Below, one piece after another: positions 17,784-23,980 of a stretch of DNA of 25,755 nt. Both the position numbers and the translations under genes were made by a program. Position 1 is the first letter of the stretch, and each line of letters begins with the position of its first letter. The notes beneath the pieces are model-generated. The model worked only from the letters and a program-made list of their open reading frames with translations, was not told where the DNA came from and ran no database searches. The DNA is from Treponema sp. (GTDB lineage: Bacteria; Spirochaetota; Spirochaetia; Treponematales; Breznakiellaceae), in assembly GCA_031259345.1 (NCBI GenBank), contig JAIRLQ010000224.1, positions 1-25,755 on the forward strand. Direction: 5' to 3'.

Positions 17784-18709
17784 AAAAGCTCCCCCGAAAT
17801 TTCTTTTTTTGGCGAACCCCGGCTGCCGCGCCCGCCCCGGTAGTAACCCGCCTTGGAGATGACAAGACAGAGAATAATAAGAAGTCCGGTAATGAGTTTA
17901 AGATCGTTGGCGGTCATGTGGATATAATAACCGTAGTTCCGGGCCAGAAACATAAGCCCCCGGTAAAGGACGGAACCCAGTATTACCCTAAGGGTCAGCA
18001 TGCCCACGCGGTTGGAACGGATAAAAAATTCTCCGATCATAAGAGACGCCAATCCCGACACAATCATACCGGTTCCGAAGTTCACATCCGAAAAACCCTG
18101 GTACATGGCGGCATAGGCGCCGGAAATCCCCACAAGCCCGTTAGCCAGGCAGATCCCCACGATCTTGAGCATATCGGGGTTCATGCCCTGGGAAATGATA
18201 AGCTGGGGATTGGATCCCAGGGCTCCCAGGCAGAGTCCCAAATCGGTATGGAAGAAAATATCCAGTATAAATTTAATAATGATGATGGTAAGAGCGCAAA
18301 AAATGACGACAGCCCATTCGCCGCCCATAAAAGCGCCGGCCCATTCGGTGATCCGGTTAAAGAGGGTGGGTACTTTAATAAGGGAAAGATTCGCCCGGCT
18401 GCTCATAACCCTGAGGTTTATTGAATACAGCATGGTCATAGTCAGAATCCCCGAAAGAAGATCGGGGATCCTAAGCCGGTTATGGATAAGGGCGGTTACA
18501 AGCCCTGCCGCGGCGCCGCCCCCAAAGGCCGCAATCAGGGCCAGGGAAAAGGGAACGCCCCGGGAAAGCAGCACTCCCAGGATACAGGCCCCCAGAGGGA
18601 AGGACCCATCTACGGTCATATCCGCAAAGTTGAGTATACGGAAGGTAACAAATACCCCCAGCACCATAATACCGTAAATGAAGCCTTCTGTGAGGATGCC
18701 TGCTATCAT
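17780..18709 (-). CDS. ABC transporter permease (BPD_transp_2/branched-chain-like)
   Basis: 309 aa, multiple TM segments. Motifs ADMTVDGSFPLGA, LLSGILTMTMLYSINLRVM, GLCLGALGSNP, GTGMIVSGLASLMIGE. Confidence 0.9.
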   Translation of the reverse strand: MIAGILTEGFIYGIMVLGVFVTFRILNFADMTVDGSFPLGACILGVLLSRGVPFSLALIAAFGGGAAAGLVTALIHNRLRIPDLLSGILTMTMLYSINLRVMSSRANLSLIKVPTLFNRITEWAGAFMGGEWAVVIFCALTIIIIKFILDIFFHTDLGLCLGALGSNPQLIISQGMNPDMLKIVGICLANGLVGISGAYAAMYQGFSDVNFGTGMIVSGLASLMIGEFFIRSNRVGMLTLRVILGSVLYRGLMFLARNYGYYIHMTANDLKLITGLLIILCLVISKAGYYRGGRGSRGSPKKEISGELL

Positions 18710-18714
18710 AAGAA

Positions 18715-18792
18715 ACCTTACCCTTCGGCAAGCGGCTTACTTTTAGCAAACCGCTTGCTTTCGGTAACGGCTTACCTTTCGGTAAGCTTACC
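18715..18792. repeat. Four tandem imperfect 18-nt palindromic units plus a 12-bp palindrome
   Basis: Minus-strand units: CTTACCGAAAGGTAAGCC (18786-18769), GTTACCGAAAGCAAGCGG (18768-18751), TTTGCTAAAAGTAAGCCG (18750-18733), CTTGCCGAAGGGTAAGGT (18732-18715). GGTAAGCTTACC at 18781-18792 is a perfect palindrome. Confidence 0.8.
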
Positions 18793-19782
18793 GTTTTCAA
18801 AAATGAGGTTGGCCTGGGAAAGATATTTCTGGGGAATAGAAATCCCCAGGTTTTTCGCCACATCCAGATCAAACATCAGATCCGATTCGGAAGGTTCGGT
18901 AAGGAACTTCACCGGAATATCCACAGGCTTCTTTCCTTCAAGAATATCCGCGACAATATTCCCTGTGGCAATTCCCGCCTTGTAATAGTTAAAACCCGAC
19001 GCAATGAGGCAGCCCCCGTCTTTAACTCCGGTAACATCCCCGGCGAAGATGGCTTTTTTTGCATCCCCAAATACCTGGATGATGGCGGCAACCGCGGAGA
19101 ACACCGTGTTATCGGTTGTCATGTAGATGCCGTCTACCCGGCCGACAATGGCCTGGGCGGCCTGGCGTATATCTGCGGAAGTATTGATGGCCTGGGAAAC
19201 CAGGGCAATCCCGTTTGCTTTACAGGCAGCCTCAACCAAAGACAGCGCGGCCAGGGAATTGGCTTCAGAGCCGGTATAGATGTAGCCCAAAGTTTTAATG
19301 CCCGCGATTTCCTTAAACATGGCGATATGATCCTCTGTAGGGATTGCGTCGCTCATGCCGGTAACATTCCCTTCGCCGCGGTCAATGGTAGAAACCAACC
19401 CCGCGTCAACAGGATCGGTAACGGCAGAGAACACCACCGGCACATCCTTGATGGCGTTTGTCAGGGCCTGCGCCGTGGGAGTGGCGATCCCGACAGCCAC
19501 AGCTACCCTGTCGTTCTTGAACTTGTTGGCAATCTGGGCGGCAGTGCTCATATCGCCATTGGCGCTTTGCAGATCAAAGACCGCGTTAATTCCCCGTGCC
19601 TTAAGCTGATCCTGGATACCCTGTTCACAGGCGTCCAACGCCGGATGAGCCATAATCTTGGAAATACCGATTTTAACCGGCCCGGTTTCGGCGGAAGCGC
19701 CCCCCGAAGTATCCTTGCCCCCTGCGGACATTAAGAGGAGCGCCATACAAAGGGCGGCTCCACCCATAACAATTTTTTTCAT
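18772..19782 (-). CDS. ABC transporter substrate-binding protein (ABC_sub_bind type, often aromatic amino acid binding)
   Basis: 336 aa with an N-terminal signal. Motifs HPALDACEQG, GIATPTAQA, PVVFSAVTDPVDAGLV, NVTGMSD, DGIYMTTDNTV. Strong SD AAAGGAGG. Confidence 0.9.
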   Translation of the reverse strand: MKKIVMGGAALCMALLLMSAGGKDTSGGASAETGPVKIGISKIMAHPALDACEQGIQDQLKARGINAVFDLQSANGDMSTAAQIANKFKNDRVAVAVGIATPTAQALTNAIKDVPVVFSAVTDPVDAGLVSTIDRGEGNVTGMSDAIPTEDHIAMFKEIAGIKTLGYIYTGSEANSLAALSLVEAACKANGIALVSQAINTSADIRQAAQAIVGRVDGIYMTTDNTVFSAVAAIIQVFGDAKKAIFAGDVTGVKDGGCLIASGFNYYKAGIATGNIVADILEGKKPVDIPVKFLTEPSESDLMFDLDVAKNLGISIPQKYLSQANLIFENGKLTER

Positions 19783-19834
19783 TTTTCCTCCTTTCGAAAA
19801 AAACTTATTATTGAGAAAAATCTAAATCAACAAT

Positions 19835-19863
19835 AAGGTATACATCTATCCTCATAATGTCAA
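19835..19863 (-). promoter_or_regulatory. Putative sigma70 promoter for the ABC operon
   Basis: Minus strand perfect TTGACA (19863-19858), 17-nt spacer, TACCTT (19840-19835, TAnnnT). Confidence 0.6.
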
Positions 19864-20006
19864 GGGGCCTTCGGCCTTGCTATCCAGCTGAAGGTTCGCA
19901 GCAGCCCCATCAACAAAAAAAAATTAAAACCTCTTGATTTTTTTTCCGGATTTTTGTATTTTATAATTGAGTTTGTTCCAAAAGATGAAGGCAAATCGGC
20001 GCTTCG

Positions 20007-20759
20007 ATGAAACAGCCTCAATTCTTTAAAAAAGGTTATTTAAAAATGGTAAGCCTTATACTTATTGAAAAAGACAAAAAGGAAAGATTTCTCCTTCAAA
20101 ACAAGCTTGCTCTCCACAAAGATCTGCAGCTTAAAGAAGTCGGAAAAGATTTAAACAATGCCATTTGGCTGACAGACAGTATCAAGCCGGACATCATGCT
20201 GATTTACGTAAAGCAGGGCTATAAAGAAACCATTGATATTTCCCATCTTGCCAAGCTGGCCAGTCAGCATACATCGGTGGTACTGTTATACGCCAGGGCG
20301 GATGAAGCATTAATCCGGGAAAACCTTCTTGAGAACACCGCAGGCATACTGCTGGAAAGCAGCGACATGGATCACCTGTCCGAGATCCTTACCAGGGTAA
20401 AGGCCGGGGAACATTATATTAACCCGACAATCGGAGCCTACTTTTACAGAGCGCTTATATCCGTGCTCAAAAAAAATTCGTCCGGAGCGCCGGTTGTAAA
20501 AAAACAAAATGAGTCCGTCAAAGCTGATTTTCCCGTTGCCAGCCTGTCAAAAAACGAATTTGCGATTCTTACCCACATAGCCAAAGGGCGAAGCGGCAAA
20601 GAAATCGCGGAACGTATGGGGCTTAAACCAGGCACAATCCGGAATTATGTCGTTACGATTAAACGAAAAATGGGTCTTAAGACCCTGGCACATCTTATCA
20701 ATTATTCCATTACTCACGACTTAAACCGGAAAAGACCCCGCTTGCCAGATCTTCATTAA
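20007..20759 (+). CDS. NarL/LuxR-type transcriptional regulator with atypical (pseudo) receiver domain
   Basis: C-terminal LuxR HTH LSKNEFAILTHIAKGRSGKEIAERMGLKPGTIRNYVVTIKRKMG. The N-terminus has a REC-like beta/alpha pattern (LILIEKD, PDIMLIY, VVLLY, AGILLE). The true start may be ATG 20046. Confidence 0.85.
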   Translation: MKQPQFFKKGYLKMVSLILIEKDKKERFLLQNKLALHKDLQLKEVGKDLNNAIWLTDSIKPDIMLIYVKQGYKETIDISHLAKLASQHTSVVLLYARADEALIRENLLENTAGILLESSDMDHLSEILTRVKAGEHYINPTIGAYFYRALISVLKKNSSGAPVVKKQNESVKADFPVASLSKNEFAILTHIAKGRSGKEIAERMGLKPGTIRNYVVTIKRKMGLKTLAHLINYSITHDLNRKRPRLPDLH

Positions 20760-20770
20760 GTCCGTACTAT
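20742..20770 (+). promoter_or_regulatory. Putative sigma70 promoter for xylB, inside the 3' end of the regulator gene
   Basis: TTGCCA (20742-20747), 17-nt spacer, TACTAT (20765-20770). SD GGAGG at 20782-20786 precedes ATG 20795. Confidence 0.6.
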
Positions 20771-20794
20771 ATAGCTTAAACGGAGGTTAAATCG

Positions 20795-22282
20795 ATGAAA
20801 ACAGTTTGTGGAATAGATCTGGGTACCCAGAGCTGTAAGATCATTATTTACGATTTCGAGAAAAAAACCATCGCCGATACTGCCCAGACGCAGATTGACA
20901 TGATTGCCGAAAACGACGGCTCCCGGGAACAGAAAGCCGAGTGGTACCAGGAAGCCCTTAAAACCTGTTTTGACAAGCTGGACAAAGGGGCAAAAAAGAC
21001 AATTCTCGCGTTGGGCGTTTCGGGGCATCAGCACAGTCTGGTTCCCCTGGACGCCAAAGGCAAGCCCCTTTACAATGTCAAACTGTGGTGCGACACCTCA
21101 ACCCAGGCGGAGTGCGAAGAACTGACCAAAGCCGCCGGAGGCGAGGCAAAGCTTATCAAAGCCGCGGGGCTTCCCATGCGTCCGGGCTACACGGCTCCAA
21201 AAGTACAGTGGCTTAAAAACCACAAGCCCAAAGCTTTTGCAAAGCTGGAGCATATTCTCCTTTCCCACGACTATATTAATTTTTTGTTAACCGGTACATA
21301 CAGCGCCGAATATGGCGATGCTTCGGGGACAGCCCTTTTTGACGTGCGGAACCGCAAGTGGTCAAAAAAGGTAAGCTGCCTAATCGGCCCCGAAGTTTTT
21401 GCGGCCCTTCCCCCTCTGGTCGAAGCCGGCGGTTCCGCAGGGGCCGTCTCCGCCGAAGCGGCTGCCCTGTACGGCATTCCCGAAGGGGCGCTTGTCTCCG
21501 CAGGCGGCGGCGATAACATGATGGGGGCCATCGGCACCGGAGCTGTCCGGGACGGTTTCCTCACCATGAGCCTTGGCACATCGGGCACCCTTTTCGGCTA
21601 TTCCGCCGAACCGGTCATAGACCCCTCGGGCAATCTGGCGGCTTTTTGTTCATCTACAGGCGGATGGCTCCCGCTGCTCTGTACCATGAACTGTACCGTC
21701 GCCAGCGAAGAATTCCGCAAACTCTTTGGCATGGATGTTAAAACGTTTGACGCCGAAGCGGCCAAAGCACCCATTGGAGCTGACGGCATCGCGGTGCTTC
21801 CCTTCTTTAACGGCGAACGCACCCCCAACCTGCCCCACGGCAGGGCCGGCATTCAGGGCATCACCACCCCCAACTTCAAAAAAGAGAACCTTGCCAGGGC
21901 GGCCCTGGAAGCCGCAATCTTTGGCATGCGTATCGGCCTGGAAGGCTTTAACGCCCTAGGCTTTAAGGCCAAAGAAATCCGTCTCACGGGCGGCGGTTCC
22001 AAGAGCCCCCTTTGGCAGCAGATCGCCGCCAATGTTATGAACCTGCCTGTGCGGGTACCCAAAAGCGCCGAAGCCGCCGCCCTGGGCGGCGCCATCCAGG
22101 CACTCTGGGCCTTTGAACGCCAAAAAGCGCCCAAGCTCTCCATTGATTCCCTCTGCGAGGCTCATGTCGCCATGGAAGGAGGCGCCACCGTCAAACCCAG
22201 CGCCAAAGCGGTCAAAGCCTACAACCAGGCCTATGAAGCCTACTCGCGCTACCTCGCGGCCTTAAGCCCGCTGTACCGGTAG
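20795..22282 (+). CDS. xylB: Xylulokinase (FGGY carbohydrate kinase)
   Basis: 495 aa. Motifs GIDLGTQSCK, LWCDT, EYGDASGT, GGGDNMMGAIG, SLGTSGT, GGWLPLLCTMN, PFFNGERTP, LTGGGSKS. The substrate is inferred from subfamily motifs. Confidence 0.8.
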   Translation: MKTVCGIDLGTQSCKIIIYDFEKKTIADTAQTQIDMIAENDGSREQKAEWYQEALKTCFDKLDKGAKKTILALGVSGHQHSLVPLDAKGKPLYNVKLWCDTSTQAECEELTKAAGGEAKLIKAAGLPMRPGYTAPKVQWLKNHKPKAFAKLEHILLSHDYINFLLTGTYSAEYGDASGTALFDVRNRKWSKKVSCLIGPEVFAALPPLVEAGGSAGAVSAEAAALYGIPEGALVSAGGGDNMMGAIGTGAVRDGFLTMSLGTSGTLFGYSAEPVIDPSGNLAAFCSSTGGWLPLLCTMNCTVASEEFRKLFGMDVKTFDAEAAKAPIGADGIAVLPFFNGERTPNLPHGRAGIQGITTPNFKKENLARAALEAAIFGMRIGLEGFNALGFKAKEIRLTGGGSKSPLWQQIAANVMNLPVRVPKSAEAAALGGAIQALWAFERQKAPKLSIDSLCEAHVAMEGGATVKPSAKAVKAYNQAYEAYSRYLAALSPLYR

Positions 22283-22329
22283 GAGCTGCCAGGCAGCCGG
22301 CCCGGAGGCCCGGGGCCAAAATTTTTGGC

Positions 22330-22370
22330 AAAAAAAAGCCCCCGTCCGGCTGGCCGGCGGGGGCTTTGTA
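22330..22370. terminator. Intrinsic terminator between convergent xylB and the OPX gene, probably bidirectional
   Basis: A8 (22330-22337), GCCCCCG(T)CCGG-CTGG-CCGGCGGGGGC, TTTGTA. This gives U8 after the stem on the minus strand and a weaker U-tract on the plus strand. Confidence 0.8.
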
Positions 22371-22388
22371 TAAAAACGGGCGGCCGGT

Positions 22389-23966
22389 TCAACGGGACAT
22401 ATATGCCTGAACAGTGATAAAGGTTGTTACCAAAGTCAGCACAGTAGTTAGAACCGGCGCATATTGGTTAAAGTGATAAAGGAAACTATTGGCCTTAGCG
22501 GTGATGGTCGTTTCAGGAGTGATCTCGTCGGTCTTTTTCATTTTTTTTCCGGTGATATCCTGTATCTCCACAGACTGCCTGGAGTTCTGCTCGGGCCTAA
22601 AACCGCCGGCCAGGGCGATATAGTAATCCCAGGTACGGTCGGGGATGTAGGGGTAACGGCCCGGGAGGGCTACCGCCCCCGCGACGTTGATGAAATACTG
22701 CCTAAAAGGAACAATAAGAACGTCGTTTTCCTCTATACGGACTTCCCCGCGGTATGACGCGTCATAGAGCATAGTGTTCAAGTTGATAGGAATGTGTTCG
22801 CTCCCTCTGATGATGTAGGCGTTCCGGGTATCGGAGACCGCGGTAAACCAGTTGGAATTCCGCCGGACCAGGGAAGCGTAAAGTTCTCCTTTGTTGAAAG
22901 GCACCACCAGCCTGGTGGAACCTTCGGCTGTGGAACTGGCCTCGCCAATCATACGCCCCTCGCCGGTTATCATCCGGGTCATACCGGCATCTACGGCGCC
23001 TTCCACAAACATGACCGGGCTAAGAACAGTGATTTCAGGAACCATGACCGAGTCGTAATCTTCAAGGACAAAATCCCTGGCGATGTCCTCAGGGGTCAGG
23101 TAGATCCGGTCCCCCGCGATATTGCCGCTGTTGATATAGCGGACAATTTCAAGGCGCGTAGGATCGGCTATGGGGGTAAAGCCGCTGCCGTAAAGCTCTA
23201 CTAGTTCTTTAATGTTTTCCCCTTCCAGAAGCTGGTAGACTCCCGGCCGCACTACGGCCCCTCCTATGCTAACCGAACGGACAACACGGTTAAAGGTAAC
23301 CGTATCCCCCGGCCTGAGGTAGGGGTCCTGTGTCAAGTCACCGTCCCGGAACGCCTTAAAAAGATCGTAGACCCTGGTCTGCCCGCCTGAGGAACGCACG
23401 GCAACATCCCGGAGCGAAGTAAAGCGGGTAAGGCTTTCTTCCGCTGCCAGGGAAGAAAGCCTGGTTAGGGCCCATGCGTTAATTTCCCCTGTAACCTGAA
23501 CCTCGCCCTTAACATGGACCCTGAACACCGCGGGCCGGGTCAGCACAAACTGAACCCCGCTTAGGGGGTAGTTATTGGTTACCACCGCCTCGACCTGTGC
23601 TTTAAGCTGCGGAAAGGTCTTTCCCCCGGCGTCAACAATCCCCATATTGGCAACCCTGATGCGGTACGTGGTATCCACCGGAATGTGGTACTGCACCGCC
23701 TGGGTCCCTGCCATAAAACTCAAGGTATACACATCCCCGGCGGTAACCCGGTAATCAGGGGACGACAGGGCAAGCTGGGCGTTAAGGAAAGCCTCGGACG
23801 CAGCAGCGGCGGACATATCATCCTCACCGGCGTTTCCGGTTCTACCCTCCCGAAGCCCGGAAGACTGCAAAGACCGTGAAGAAGATGTCTGTGGGAAAAG
23901 CATCACAGGAAGGGAACCTAAAAGAACAAGACAAAATACCAGGGACAAGCGACGTTTTACATACAT
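22389..23966 (-). CDS. Outer-membrane polysaccharide export (OPX, Wza/KpsD-like) protein with Poly_export and several SLBB domains
   Basis: Poly_export-like DYRVTAGDVYTLSF...PVD...GIVDAGGKT. SLBB starts VHVKGEV, VSIGGAVVRPGVYQL, FVEGAV, INVAGAVALPGRY. C-terminal hydrophobic helix. Start set at ATG 23966 (SD AAGGA), giving 525 aa with a signal peptide. Confidence 0.8.
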   Translation of the reverse strand: MYVKRRLSLVFCLVLLGSLPVMLFPQTSSSRSLQSSGLREGRTGNAGEDDMSAAAASEAFLNAQLALSSPDYRVTAGDVYTLSFMAGTQAVQYHIPVDTTYRIRVANMGIVDAGGKTFPQLKAQVEAVVTNNYPLSGVQFVLTRPAVFRVHVKGEVQVTGEINAWALTRLSSLAAEESLTRFTSLRDVAVRSSGGQTRVYDLFKAFRDGDLTQDPYLRPGDTVTFNRVVRSVSIGGAVVRPGVYQLLEGENIKELVELYGSGFTPIADPTRLEIVRYINSGNIAGDRIYLTPEDIARDFVLEDYDSVMVPEITVLSPVMFVEGAVDAGMTRMITGEGRMIGEASSTAEGSTRLVVPFNKGELYASLVRRNSNWFTAVSDTRNAYIIRGSEHIPINLNTMLYDASYRGEVRIEENDVLIVPFRQYFINVAGAVALPGRYPYIPDRTWDYYIALAGGFRPEQNSRQSVEIQDITGKKMKKTDEITPETTITAKANSFLYHFNQYAPVLTTVLTLVTTFITVQAYMSR

Positions 23967-23980
23967 AATAAATCCTTTCA

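Noticed and set aside
18715-18792. The 18-nt array as a CRISPR array
   Set aside because: Units are contiguous with no spacers, too short and degenerate, and no cas genes are present. Kept only as a tandem palindromic repeat.
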